A stretch of DNA of 64,000 nucleotides from Sandaracinaceae bacterium. GTDB lineage: Bacteria > Myxococcota_A > Polyangia > Polyangiales > Sandaracinaceae. The stretch spans positions 1 through 64,000 of the forward strand of contig JBGAQA010000011.1 of assembly GCA_044220955.1 (NCBI GenBank), in the 5' to 3' direction. The notes beneath the pieces are model-generated. The model was given only the letters and a program-made list of their open reading frames with translations, made no database searches and was not told the DNA's origin. How positions within the stretch are numbered: position 1 is the stretch's first letter; each line of letters begins with the position of its first letter. This document shows positions 30,167-39,243 of this stretch, piece after piece. Made by a program: the position numbers and the translations under genes.

Positions 30167-31672
30167 ATGAAGCAGCCCGTACGAACGTTCCTCGCGGCGT
30201 CGCTCTTGCTGGCCCTCGCCTCGTGCCAGCACACCCAGCACTCCGCCCTCGAGCGCGTGCGGCAGGCGGGTGTGCTTCGATGGGGCGGCGACATCCAGGG
30301 CGGCGAGCCCTACGTCTTCGAGGACCCGGATCATCCGGGCCAGCTCGTCGGCTTCGAGGTCGAGCTGGCCGACGCGATCGCGCGCGAGCTCGGCGTGCGC
30401 GCCGAGTTCGTCCAGAACGACTGGTCGAACCTCGTGCCCTCGCTCGATCGCGGCAGCTTCGACGTCGCGATGAACGGCCTCGAGGTGACGCCCGCCCGCG
30501 CCGACAGCGTCGCGTTCACGCGGCCCTACTTCATCTTCTCGGCGCAGCTCGTCGCCCGCCGCGACGACGACACCGTGACCGACCTCGCCTCGCTGCACGG
30601 CCGGCGCGTCGGCACGCTCGCCAGCTCGTTCAGCTACGACATCCTCTCGACCAACGACGTCGAGGTCGTCAGCTACGAGGGCACGGAGGAGCCCTACGCC
30701 GACCTCGAGGGGCACCGCGTGGACGGCGTGCTCCTCGACGACATCATCGCCTCCCGCTACGGCCTCGTCCGGCCCTCGCTCCACCTCGTAGAGGACGTGC
30801 AGGACGGCTACTACGCCGTCGCGTGCCGGCGGGCCGAGACCGACCTCTGCGCGGCGATCGATCAGGCCCTCGGCCACATCGCCGCCTCCGGCGAGGCGCG
30901 CCGCATCTTCGCCCGCTGGAACATCGACAGCGATCGCGAGGAGCGCCTCGCCTCGTGGACCGAGGACGACACGCGCACGATGCTGCTCGCGCGCTCGCAC
31001 GCGACCTTCACGGGGCACCACGCGCTGCTCTTCGTCGAGGGCGCGGCGATCACGCTCTTCGTGAGCGCGCTCGCGATGTGCCTGGCGGTGGCCTTCGGCC
31101 TGATGCTCGCGCTGACGCGCATGTACGGGCCCAAGCCCCTCTCGTGGCTCGCGACGACCTACGTCGAGCTCTTCCGCGGCACGCCCGTGCTGCTCCAGCT
31201 CTACGTCCTCTACTACGGCGCGATGCCCTCGCTCCGCGCGGCGATCGGCTGGGACGGCTACACCGAGTACGACGCGATGGTCGCCGCCGTCGTCGGGCTC
31301 GGCATCAACTACGCGGCGTACGAGGCCGAGATCTACCGCACCGGCATCCAGGCCATCCCGCCCGGGCAGCTCGAGGCGGCGACCGTGCTCGGCATGTCGC
31401 GCATGCTGGCGCTCCGACGCATCATCGTGCCGCAGGCGGTGCGCATCGCGCTGCCGGGCGTGACGAACGACTTCATCGCGCTCCTCAAGGACTCCTCGCT
31501 CGTCTCGGTGATCACCGTGGTCGAGCTGACCAAGCGCATGACCATCACGGCCGTCGAGGTGCGGAGCTGGCTGATACCGGGGCTGCTCTGCGCCGGCCTC
31601 TACATGGCGATGAGCTACCCGCTCTCGCTCCTGAGCAAGCGCCTCGAAGAGCGCCTCGCGAGGAACCCATGA
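30167..31672 (+). CDS. Polar amino-acid ABC transporter, fused substrate-binding and permease protein
   Basis: SBP_bac_3-like N-half (GFEVELA, FTRPY); FRGTPVLLQL and AAYEAEIYRTGIQAIPPGQLEAA permease motifs. Confidence 0.93.
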   Translation: MKQPVRTFLAASLLLALASCQHTQHSALERVRQAGVLRWGGDIQGGEPYVFEDPDHPGQLVGFEVELADAIARELGVRAEFVQNDWSNLVPSLDRGSFDVAMNGLEVTPARADSVAFTRPYFIFSAQLVARRDDDTVTDLASLHGRRVGTLASSFSYDILSTNDVEVVSYEGTEEPYADLEGHRVDGVLLDDIIASRYGLVRPSLHLVEDVQDGYYAVACRRAETDLCAAIDQALGHIAASGEARRIFARWNIDSDREERLASWTEDDTRTMLLARSHATFTGHHALLFVEGAAITLFVSALAMCLAVAFGLMLALTRMYGPKPLSWLATTYVELFRGTPVLLQLYVLYYGAMPSLRAAIGWDGYTEYDAMVAAVVGLGINYAAYEAEIYRTGIQAIPPGQLEAATVLGMSRMLALRRIIVPQAVRIALPGVTNDFIALLKDSSLVSVITVVELTKRMTITAVEVRSWLIPGLLCAGLYMAMSYPLSLLSKRLEERLARNP

Positions 31673-32430
31673 GCGAAGAGAAGCAGGACGCCGCCATCTC
31701 CGTGAAGGAGCTCGTCAAGAAGTACGGCGAGCGCACCGTGCTCAAGGGCGTGAGCTACGACATCGGGCGTGGCCAGGTCGTCGCGCTCGTCGGGCCCTCC
31801 GGCGGCGGCAAGAGCACGGCGCTTCGCTGCATGACGGCGCTCGAGACCTTCCAGGGAGGCTCGATCCGCGTCGCGAAGGCGCGGCTCACGCCCCACGACG
31901 CCCACCACGCGGACGAGCTGCGGAAGCTGCGCCTGGTGAGCGGGCTCGTCTTCCAGACCTGGCACCTCTTCCCGCACATGACGGCGCTCGAGAACGTGCA
32001 CGAGGCGCCGGTGCAGGTGAAGAAGGAGCCGCTCGGCCAGGCGCGCGACTACGCGCGGCACCTGCTCGAGAAGGTCGGCCTCTCGCACCGCGAGGGCGCG
32101 CTGCCGCGCATGATGAGCGGCGGCGAGCAGCAGCGCTGCGCCATCGCCCGCGCGCTCGCGATGCGCCCGGAGGTGCTCTTCATGGACGAGCCGACGAGCG
32201 CGCTCGATCCGCAGCGCGTCGGCGACCTCGTGGAGTTGCTCCAGAAGCTGACCGACGAGGAGAAGCTCACGCTCGTCGTGGTCACGCACGAGATGAAGTT
32301 CGCCATCGAGCTCGCGAACCGCGTGCTCGTGCTCTACGAGGGCAACGTGATCGAGGACGGCCCACCGAGGGACATCCTCGCCGCGCCGAAGGACCCGCGC
32401 ACCCGGACGTTCCTCGGCCTCGAGGGGTGA
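31669..32430 (+). CDS. Amino-acid ABC ATP-binding protein (GlnQ-like)
   Basis: GPSGGGKST, LFPHMTALEN, SGGEQQR, DEPTSALDP, VTHEM. Confidence 0.93.
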   Translation: MSEEKQDAAISVKELVKKYGERTVLKGVSYDIGRGQVVALVGPSGGGKSTALRCMTALETFQGGSIRVAKARLTPHDAHHADELRKLRLVSGLVFQTWHLFPHMTALENVHEAPVQVKKEPLGQARDYARHLLEKVGLSHREGALPRMMSGGEQQRCAIARALAMRPEVLFMDEPTSALDPQRVGDLVELLQKLTDEEKLTLVVVTHEMKFAIELANRVLVLYEGNVIEDGPPRDILAAPKDPRTRTFLGLEG

Positions 32431-32434
32431 CTCG

Positions 32435-32586
32435 GAGACTGTCCCTCGATCGACGACGGCCTCGGGCACGATCCGACGGCCGCGCGCGACGAGCGGTGTG
32501 CCTCGCGAGGAGCGAAGCGACGAGTCGGAGCGAGGGGTGAGACGCATCCGGCTCCGCCGGTGCGTCGAGGGCGGCTCACGCCCCCT
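32435..32586 (+). repeat. Structured intergenic repeat, copy 2
   Basis: cgggcacg, the 34-nt core and cgagtcggagc are shared with copy 1, followed by a different hairpin (gacgca-t-ccggc-tcc-gccgg-tgcgtc). Confidence 0.8.
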
Positions 32587-32592
32587 GAGAGG

Positions 32593-34131
32593 TCAGATCA
32601 GCCCGCCACCGCCGCCGCCACCGGGCTCGAGCTCGAAGCTCTGCTCGATCTGCGCTGCGACGGGCAGCACGCGCTGCTCTGCGAGACAGAAGTCCATCTC
32701 GCTGCGCTCGAACTGATCGACGGCGACGACGACGTCGCTGCGCGCGCGCGTCGTCGCCCGGAAGTGTCCGGAGGCGTCGGCGCGCAGGCGCGTGCCGCCG
32801 ACCCAGAGGCTCGCGTGCGCGGCGGGGGCGTCGCCACAGCGGATCGTGCCGGTGACCTCGACGCGCTGCTCGCTCGTGGCCGGCCCGCCGCGCGCGAGCC
32901 CGCGATCCGAGCCGTCCGAGAGCAGGAACACGGTGCTGCTCGTCCTCGCGGGCCGCCACGGGATCGGCAGGCTACAGCCGTCGACCGCGCCACTCCATCG
33001 CTCGCGGCCGTCGTCCTGGCCGAGCGCGCGGGCGAACCACGACGTCGTGCACACGAGCACGGAATCTTCGTCGAGCGCGATCGCGGGGTGGTATCCGCTC
33101 GCGTCCGTGTCGAGCGACGCCGAGCGCCAGGCGAGCGCGCCGTGGCGCGCGACGTCGTAGCGGCGCACCTCGGTCCGGCTCGCGCTCTCGGCGCCGGTCG
33201 GGACCAGGACGAACACGTCGTCGCCGCGCAGGATCACGGTGCGCCCCCACGGCGGCTGCGCGGCGAGGGCGATTCGTGCGAGCTCGGACCCGTCGGCGAG
33301 CGAGACGATCACGAGCGCACCGTCGCGAAGCACCGGCAGGCGGTCGCCTCCGGGGTCGAAGAGCCGGTCTTGCCGCGCGTCGAAGTCGGGCACGTGCCAG
33401 CGCGTCGCGCCGGTGCGGGCGTCGCGGGCCACGAGGCCCTCGTCGAGGGTGACGAAGAGCCCGGGCGCCGCGCGCCACCGCTGCCCGCGCGAGAAGAAGC
33501 CTCCGGTGTAGGAGTCGCGCCAGAGGATGTGACCATCCTGAGGATCGAGCGCGAGCAGCTCGTCCCGTGCCACGACGAAGAACGCGTCGCCGCTCGAGAG
33601 GTGCGCCGAGTCGCTCCCCGCGGGCAGATCCATGCGATGCACCCGCCAGCGCACGTCGAGCGTCGCGAGGTCGATCGCGGCGAGCACGCCGTCGTCGCCG
33701 CGCATCAGGAGCGCGCCCTGCGCCACCGCGAGCGCGGGCAGCAGCTCGTCCGCGAAGACGGGCGCGCGCCCGAGCGGATTCGCGTGGGCGAGCGTCGGAG
33801 TCGTCCCGTCGCCCGAGACGCAGAAGAGGTGGGCGTCGTCGACGACGAAGAGCGAGCCGTCGACCGCGAGCACGTCGCGCTGGCTCGACGGCGGCAGACC
33901 GGCCGACCACGCGGCGAGCGACTCGACGGGCGCGCCGAGCGGGGGCACCGCGGGCGGTGGGACCGTGATCGGGGCCGCGACGGAGGTCGCGGGTGCGGTT
34001 GCGGGCGAGGGCGCGGGCGAGGGCGCGGGCGCGGGCGCGGGCGCGCTCGGGACCGTCTCCGGCACTCGCCGCTCGGCGGCCGTACCGCACGCGAGCGCGA
34101 CGACGGCGATCGCGAGCCCGACGCCCCCCAT
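32593..34131 (-). CDS. PQQ-like beta-propeller lipoprotein with C-terminal beta-sandwich
   Basis: LAC lipobox, PA-rich linker, repeated ALD..(T/D)G...W units. Confidence 0.75.
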   Translation of the reverse strand: MGGVGLAIAVVALACGTAAERRVPETVPSAPAPAPAPSPAPSPATAPATSVAAPITVPPPAVPPLGAPVESLAAWSAGLPPSSQRDVLAVDGSLFVVDDAHLFCVSGDGTTPTLAHANPLGRAPVFADELLPALAVAQGALLMRGDDGVLAAIDLATLDVRWRVHRMDLPAGSDSAHLSSGDAFFVVARDELLALDPQDGHILWRDSYTGGFFSRGQRWRAAPGLFVTLDEGLVARDARTGATRWHVPDFDARQDRLFDPGGDRLPVLRDGALVIVSLADGSELARIALAAQPPWGRTVILRGDDVFVLVPTGAESASRTEVRRYDVARHGALAWRSASLDTDASGYHPAIALDEDSVLVCTTSWFARALGQDDGRERWSGAVDGCSLPIPWRPARTSSTVFLLSDGSDRGLARGGPATSEQRVEVTGTIRCGDAPAAHASLWVGGTRLRADASGHFRATTRARSDVVVAVDQFERSEMDFCLAEQRVLPVAAQIEQSFELEPGGGGGGGLI

Positions 34132-34189
34132 GCCTACCTGGCGCACCGGCCAACGGTCGCACGCGCGAGCGCCTCCAGGAAGCGCTTCG

Positions 34190-34594
34190 CTACGGCAGCG
34201 CGCCGGCCTCGATCCAGGCCAGGATCTCGCATCGCTCCGCGTCGCTCAGCCCCCCGGCCGGCGGCATCCGGCGCGTCGGGCTCGAGGTCGTGATGCGCTC
34301 GGCGAGCGCGCTGCACTCCGCGTCGCCCGGCGCGACGCGCGTCGAGAGATCCGCGAACGCCACGTCGCGCGTCTCGAGCACGAGGCCGCCCGAGTGCTCG
34401 GCGAGGCTGTGACAGGCGCTCCCGACGACGCACCGACGGGCCAGCACCGTCGCCTGCAACGTCGCGAAGTCCGGGGCCGCCGCGCCCGTGCAGTCGGGGA
34501 GCACGGCGTGCGCGCACGGCGCGGGCGCAGGCGAGCAGGCCCCCAGCGCGAGCGTCGCGAGGGCGAGGGCGAGCTCAGCGCGCGTCGCCCGCAT
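34190..34594 (-). CDS. Cytochrome c-like lipoprotein (CX5CH)
   Basis: LGAC lipobox; CVVGSACH; RMPP..GLS...ILAWIEAGA. Confidence 0.7.
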   Translation of the reverse strand: MRATRAELALALATLALGACSPAPAPCAHAVLPDCTGAAAPDFATLQATVLARRCVVGSACHSLAEHSGGLVLETRDVAFADLSTRVAPGDAECSALAERITTSSPTRRMPPAGGLSDAERCEILAWIEAGALP

Positions 34595-34904
34595 CGGTGA
34601 GCGTCCCCGAGTCGGTCGCCGCTCCTGCGTCCCCGCCCGTCCCGGCATCTTCCGGCGTGCATACCTCGAAGCAGTGCGCGCGCATCGCGACGCAGTCGGC
34701 CTCGCTCGTGGCGAGATCCTCGGCGAACTCGTGGCACTCGTGGACCTCGCCCAGCCCCACGTCGAGCGAGTGGCAGCGCTCCATGATGGCGAGGCAGGTC
34801 GGGTTGGCCGTACCCCCACCGCCGGCGTCGGCGCTCTGGGTCGAGCTGTTGCATCCCGCGATCGCGACCAGGGCCAGGACCACGAAGCTGTGCGCGCTGT
34901 TCAT
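34575..34904 (-). CDS. Small Cys/His-rich lipoprotein
   Basis: IAGC lipobox; C..IMERCH...HECHE...C......C...C; DAG tail. Confidence 0.7.
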   Translation of the reverse strand: MNSAHSFVVLALVAIAGCNSSTQSADAGGGGTANPTCLAIMERCHSLDVGLGEVHECHEFAEDLATSEADCVAMRAHCFEVCTPEDAGTGGDAGAATDSGTLTDAGDAR

Positions 34905-34980
34905 GCGCGCGATGTGTAGCGCCGCAGGTGTCGCGGGCACTGCGGCCGATGGACGCACCCCGGGCGAGCCCGAGCCGCGG

Positions 34981-35496
34981 TCAGCTCGCGCGGCGGAGCT
35001 GCCCGGGGGCCGCGCCGGGACGCGGACCACCGCTCAGGCGCTCCCGGATCCTCCTCAGGAGCGAGGCGCGCAAGGGAGCGTGGAGCGCCGCGTCGACGAT
35101 CGGGTGGGTCGGTGCTTCCGCGCGGGCGGCGTGCGCGCGCAGGGCGCGGGACAGCTCGGCCACGCCGCGCGCCTCGAGGGCAGGCTCGCGGAGCGCCGCC
35201 ACGAGCTGCTCCAGCTGGGCGAGCAACGTCCCGTGCTCCTCGCGCAGGGCGTGCATCTCGGCGGCCGCGGCCGGGTCGGCCAGCGGCAGGAGCAGCTCGC
35301 TCTCCATGCGGAGGTGCACGGTCAGCTGCCGCTCGAGGGCGGTGAGGTAGCGCGCGGCGCGCTCGCGATCCCTGGCGTCGAGCGCGTCACGCGCGTCGTC
35401 GAGCAGCGAGTGCATGTGTGCGTGCTCGCGACCGAGAAGCGTTCGCAGATCGTCGGTCCCCGGGTCCGTGCCCTCGAGCCATCGCGTGTGCGGCAT
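34981..35496 (-). CDS. Hemerythrin-like (HHE) domain protein
   Basis: EHAHMH, HLRMESELLLP, EEHGTL, HAARAE. Confidence 0.75.
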   Translation of the reverse strand: MPHTRWLEGTDPGTDDLRTLLGREHAHMHSLLDDARDALDARDRERAARYLTALERQLTVHLRMESELLLPLADPAAAAEMHALREEHGTLLAQLEQLVAALREPALEARGVAELSRALRAHAARAEAPTHPIVDAALHAPLRASLLRRIRERLSGGPRPGAAPGQLRRAS

Positions 35497-35507
35497 GCCC
35501 GGAGCGC

Positions 35508-35523
35508 AGCAACCCACGTGCCG
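35508..35523 (-). promoter_or_regulatory. sigma54 -24/-12 promoter of the hemerythrin-like gene
   Basis: CGGCACGTGGGTTGCT = GG-N10-GC; ATG 13 nt after the -12 C. Confidence 0.7.
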
Positions 35524-35600
35524 CGAATTCGCGCGCGAGAGCCCCCGTTTCGCGGCCGCGCGCGCGCATTCTGCGGGGCGCGATGCACGGCTTGCGCGCC

Positions 35601-36128
35601 TCAGCCTCGCCGCAGGCGCCGCGCGTGTGCCGTGGGGCGGTCAGCGGGCCAGCCACCGACCGAGACCGCGTCGTTGCCCAGGAGCGCGGCCGTGATCTTT
35701 CCGAAGAGCCGGTCGAGCGCGATCGTGGGCTCGTTCAGAAGACCGACGTCTCCGACGCTCCAGGCCCACGCCTCGATGCGATGGGCGAGCTCGCCGCGGA
35801 GCTCCAGCGTGCGGCCGATCCGCAGCAGGGTGTGGTACTCGCTCGTGGCGACGCGGCCGTCGGCGATCGACACCCACACGGCCGCGCCGTACGCGAAGGC
35901 CCGCTCGAGCGGTCCGAGCGAGCCGAGCTCGAGCGACTCGAAGGGCCGGTTGCGCCGAGCCAGCATCGTCGCGCCGAGATCGCGCGCCGCGAGGCCGAGC
36001 ATGTCGGCCGCAGCGCCGACCGCGCCGACCTCGAGCGGCGTCAGCCGCCCGTCGGCCCAGACGACGTGCACGATCGCGTCGAAGATCACGTCGCGCCCGC
36101 GGGGTGTGATGAGGTTGTGCCAGGTCAT
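35601..36128 (-). CDS. TerB-like domain protein
   Basis: Two ADGR(L/V)xxxE motifs; SD GAGGAGG. Confidence 0.7.
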   Translation of the reverse strand: MTWHNLITPRGRDVIFDAIVHVVWADGRLTPLEVGAVGAAADMLGLAARDLGATMLARRNRPFESLELGSLGPLERAFAYGAAVWVSIADGRVATSEYHTLLRIGRTLELRGELAHRIEAWAWSVGDVGLLNEPTIALDRLFGKITAALLGNDAVSVGGWPADRPTAHARRLRRG

Positions 36129-36162
36129 GAGCCCTCCTCTCTTCGTCGGCTCGCAGCCCGCC

Positions 36163-36618
36163 TCACCAGTCGTGGTGCTCGCGCTCGGCGAGGAAGCGGG
36201 CGAACTGACGCGCAGCGGTCTCGCCGGTTTCCGTCGCGTCCGGGCCTGTCGCGCGGACCTCCACGAGATCGATGAGCTCGCCGTCCTGGTCCCTCAGCGC
36301 CAGGCGAGCCTGGCCCTGGGTCTGGTCGGTCCCGGCGCGGAGCTCGACGTCGCGGACGTGGAGGCGGTAGCGCGACGCGCCCGGCTGAACGATGGTGTAC
36401 TCGGGCAGGATGCGGGCGAGCTCGTCCGAGAAGCCCTGCGCGAACGCCGCGTGGTTCTCCGTGGGCGCCGGCTCGTGCAGCACGGCGATGCTGCCGGGCA
36501 CCACGTCGACGTTCGCGGCGGTGCGGACGACGTGGAAGCCGTTCGAGCAGGCCGACGCGGCCAGGGCGAGGGACGACGAGATGATCGCGGCGAAGAGTCG
36601 AGCTCCGTGGTTGCGCAT
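36163..36618 (-). CDS. Hypothetical lipoprotein
   Basis: GGAGG SD; ASAC lipobox. Confidence 0.7.
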   Translation of the reverse strand: MRNHGARLFAAIISSSLALAASACSNGFHVVRTAANVDVVPGSIAVLHEPAPTENHAAFAQGFSDELARILPEYTIVQPGASRYRLHVRDVELRAGTDQTQGQARLALRDQDGELIDLVEVRATGPDATETGETAARQFARFLAEREHHDW

Positions 36619-36719
36619 GAGATCCTCCATGCGCTCATCCTGGGGTCGGACGCCGGCGGCGGAAGCCAGGGAATGCCGACGCCGAGCCTCGGAAAGACCG
36701 ATGGGTGCGCTCGACCGGC

Positions 36720-38222
36720 TCACGCTCGCGCGACGTGGTCGGCGCAGAGCGACGCGATGGCCATGATGGGCACCTGCGGGTTCACGCCGAGGTTGGTCGG
36801 GAACACGCTGGAGTCCGCGACGTAGAGCGCGCTCACGGCGTGGTGCCGGAAGTCGGGCCGCACGACGCCCGCCGCCGGCTCGCTCGCCATGCGCGCGGTG
36901 CCGAACAGGTGCGTCATCGACATCGGATACGCGCGCGGCGAGAGCGGTCCGCCCGCCTCGAGGTCGGCCATGCGCGAGGCGCGCGTCACGACCGGGTCGA
37001 ATCCGGCGACCCCGGGGTGCACCTCGGTGGCGCCCGCCGCGAAGAAGAGGTCACCCATCACGCGCACGGCGCGGCGCGCCCTGACGACGTCGTCCGGGTG
37101 CAGCCAGTACTCCACCTGCGGCTTGCCGCGGATCAGGCGCACACGACCCTCGCCGCGCGCGCGCAGGGCCGTGCCCCAGACGGCGTAGCGGTCGAGCTCG
37201 GCGATGCGCGCCGCGAGGGCCCGGCCGAAGCCCTGGACGCGGCTCGCGAGCACCGAGAGATCGAAGCCGAGCGCCTCGACCTTCAGGCCCTCGCTGCGAA
37301 GGCCCGTGACCTCGTGGCCCTGCGTCGCGCCGAGGTGGTTGTCGACCGGCCCCGCGAAGCGCCCCGTGACGGACACGCCCGGATGCGCCGTGAGGTGCCT
37401 GCCGACGGGGCCCTGGTCGAGCCCGCTCGCGAGCAGCAGCGTGGGCGTGCCGATCGCGCTCGCCGCGAGCACGACCGCGTGGCGGGCGAGCGCGTCGAAG
37501 CGCGCGCCGCCCGAGGTGGTGCCCGCGACGCCGATCGCGCGGCGCCCGTCGTGCAGCACGCGGTCGACTCGCATGCCCGAAGCGATCCGGGCGCCGTGCG
37601 CGACGGCGTCGGGCAGGAACGAGCGGTCCATCGAGAGCTTGGCCCCGTGGGGACAGCCCTGGAGGCAGCGCCCGCTGCCGACGCAGCCCGAGACGTTGCG
37701 GCGGATCGGCCGGTGCGCGACACCGAGCGCCTCCGCCGCCGTCGCCAGGAGCAGGTTCTTGCGCCCCGCCACCCGGTCCTCGGTGGGCGCGATCGAGAGG
37801 CGCTGCTCGATCGCGCGCTCGTGCTCCGCGATGCGCGCGGTGTCGAAGGTCTCCCCCAGCGCAGGGTCCTTCCGGACCCAGGGGAGCACCATCTCGGGCT
37901 CGAGGCGCCAGCTGATCGCGCCGTTCACGACGGACGTCCCGCCGACCACGACGCCCTGGAGGTAGGGCATCGGGTTGTTGCCGAGGGCCATCGACGTGCC
38001 CATCTCGCGATAGAGGCGCGCGAACGAAGTCAGGCCGCTCGGGACGAACGAGTCGGGCCTCGCTTCGTGTCCCTCCTCGAGCACGAGCACGTCGAGCCCG
38101 CGCGAGGCGAGGCTACGCGCGACGCTCGCGCCCGCGGGCCCGCTGCCGACGATCACCACGTCGGCGTCGAGCGAGTGCGGCCGGTGCACCTGCCGCCCGT
38201 CGAGCGCGATCAGGTCGCTCAC
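36720..38222 (-). CDS. GMC-family FAD oxidoreductase
   Basis: DVVIVGSGPAG, VGGTSVVNG, CVGSGRCLQGC, HLFGTARM, FPTNLGVNPQ. Confidence 0.92.
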   Translation of the reverse strand: MSDLIALDGRQVHRPHSLDADVVIVGSGPAGASVARSLASRGLDVLVLEEGHEARPDSFVPSGLTSFARLYREMGTSMALGNNPMPYLQGVVVGGTSVVNGAISWRLEPEMVLPWVRKDPALGETFDTARIAEHERAIEQRLSIAPTEDRVAGRKNLLLATAAEALGVAHRPIRRNVSGCVGSGRCLQGCPHGAKLSMDRSFLPDAVAHGARIASGMRVDRVLHDGRRAIGVAGTTSGGARFDALARHAVVLAASAIGTPTLLLASGLDQGPVGRHLTAHPGVSVTGRFAGPVDNHLGATQGHEVTGLRSEGLKVEALGFDLSVLASRVQGFGRALAARIAELDRYAVWGTALRARGEGRVRLIRGKPQVEYWLHPDDVVRARRAVRVMGDLFFAAGATEVHPGVAGFDPVVTRASRMADLEAGGPLSPRAYPMSMTHLFGTARMASEPAAGVVRPDFRHHAVSALYVADSSVFPTNLGVNPQVPIMAIASLCADHVARA

Positions 38223-38650
38223 CTCGCCCCTCCCGGCGCGTCGAGCGTGGCGCGCGAGCGCGCGCGGACGGCGGCGTCCTCGAAGTACGCGAAGCACGCG
38301 AGCATCTTCAGCGTCGTGAGCATCTGACGCGTGACGTACGCCTCGCTCGCCGCCATCGCCTCGACGCAGTCGAGCCGCGCCCTGGCGTCGAGCGCGTGGA
38401 AGGGCCTGCGGAAGCGCGGGTGCGTGAGCGGCCAGAACGTGAGCGCCGCGACCATCGCGCGCAGCCCCGGGGCGAACATCGGACCGGGCGCGCGATCGAT
38501 CGCCTCGTAGAACGACGCGAGATCGATCGAGGCGAACGCGGGCAGCCCGTGGTCCTCGAGCGGCCCGAGGATCGCCGCGAAGAGCGCCTCGGCCCACCTC
38601 CGCTCGCGTGGGCTCAGCGCTGCGGCGCTCGTCGACGCGGCGCGCGTCAC
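38219..38650 (-). CDS. Small GMC-partner protein (gluconate 2-dehydrogenase subunit 3-like)
   Basis: PFHALDARARLDCV...LKMLACFAYFED; GTGA-coupled to the GMC gene. Confidence 0.6.
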   Translation of the reverse strand: MTRAASTSAAALSPRERRWAEALFAAILGPLEDHGLPAFASIDLASFYEAIDRAPGPMFAPGLRAMVAALTFWPLTHPRFRRPFHALDARARLDCVEAMAASEAYVTRQMLTTLKMLACFAYFEDAAVRARSRATLDAPGGAR

Positions 38651-39204
38651 CGAAGCTCCCGGGGCACATGGTCGATCCGGTGGTCGCGCTCCAGCGTGAA
38701 GTACGTCGGCGTCTCGAGGACCCGCCCCGCGACGACGAGGTAGCTGACGCCGAGCAGCTCGTCGCAGCCATCGTCGGCGGCGAGCGCGACGAGCGGATCC
38801 TTGGTCCGGCGTACGGGCGCCAGGCGCGGGTTCGGCGCGCGCGCGTAGTCGATCACCAGCCCGCGGCCGAAGCCAGCCGGCATCGGTACGCCCTCCGGCG
38901 GGATCACCTCGTAGTTCCACTCGGTGACGGGCACGCCGCCGCGGCGGATGGGGCGGCTGGGCGCGTCGATTCCGTCCTGCTCGAGCCGCACGTTCCACCC
39001 CATCAGGCGCCCGCTCTTCGGCTCGCGCCAGAACGTCTTCTGGAACGTCTTCCACGTGGCGAGCTCGATCAGGCGCGGGAGCCCGAGGCTCGTCCCGCGG
39101 TACGCGTAGCCCTCGATCGCGCGCGGATCCACGGGGAAGCCCGACGTGATCCGCTCGCGCAGTTCGCGCGGGGACGCATGGCGCAGATCGCGTGCGATGG
39201 ACAC
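38647..39204 (-). CDS. Hypothetical protein, first gene of the GMC operon
   Basis: YRGTSLGLP, WKTFQKTF, GWNVRLEQ, DPLVAL; GTG 6 nt after TATGAT. Confidence 0.7.
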   Translation of the reverse strand: MSIARDLRHASPRELRERITSGFPVDPRAIEGYAYRGTSLGLPRLIELATWKTFQKTFWREPKSGRLMGWNVRLEQDGIDAPSRPIRRGGVPVTEWNYEVIPPEGVPMPAGFGRGLVIDYARAPNPRLAPVRRTKDPLVALAADDGCDELLGVSYLVVAGRVLETPTYFTLERDHRIDHVPRELR

Positions 39205-39243
39205 GAGGCGATCATACACGGCACCGCGCGGCTCCTCGGAGAA

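Noticed and set aside
34575..34904. Multiheme cytochrome call for the Cys/His lipoprotein
   Set aside because: Its CH dipeptides lack the upstream Cys of a CxxCH motif
36660..36680. sigma54-like motif upstream of the 36618 lipoprotein (cggcattccctggc on - strand)
   Set aside because: GG-to-GC spacing is 9 rather than 10 nt
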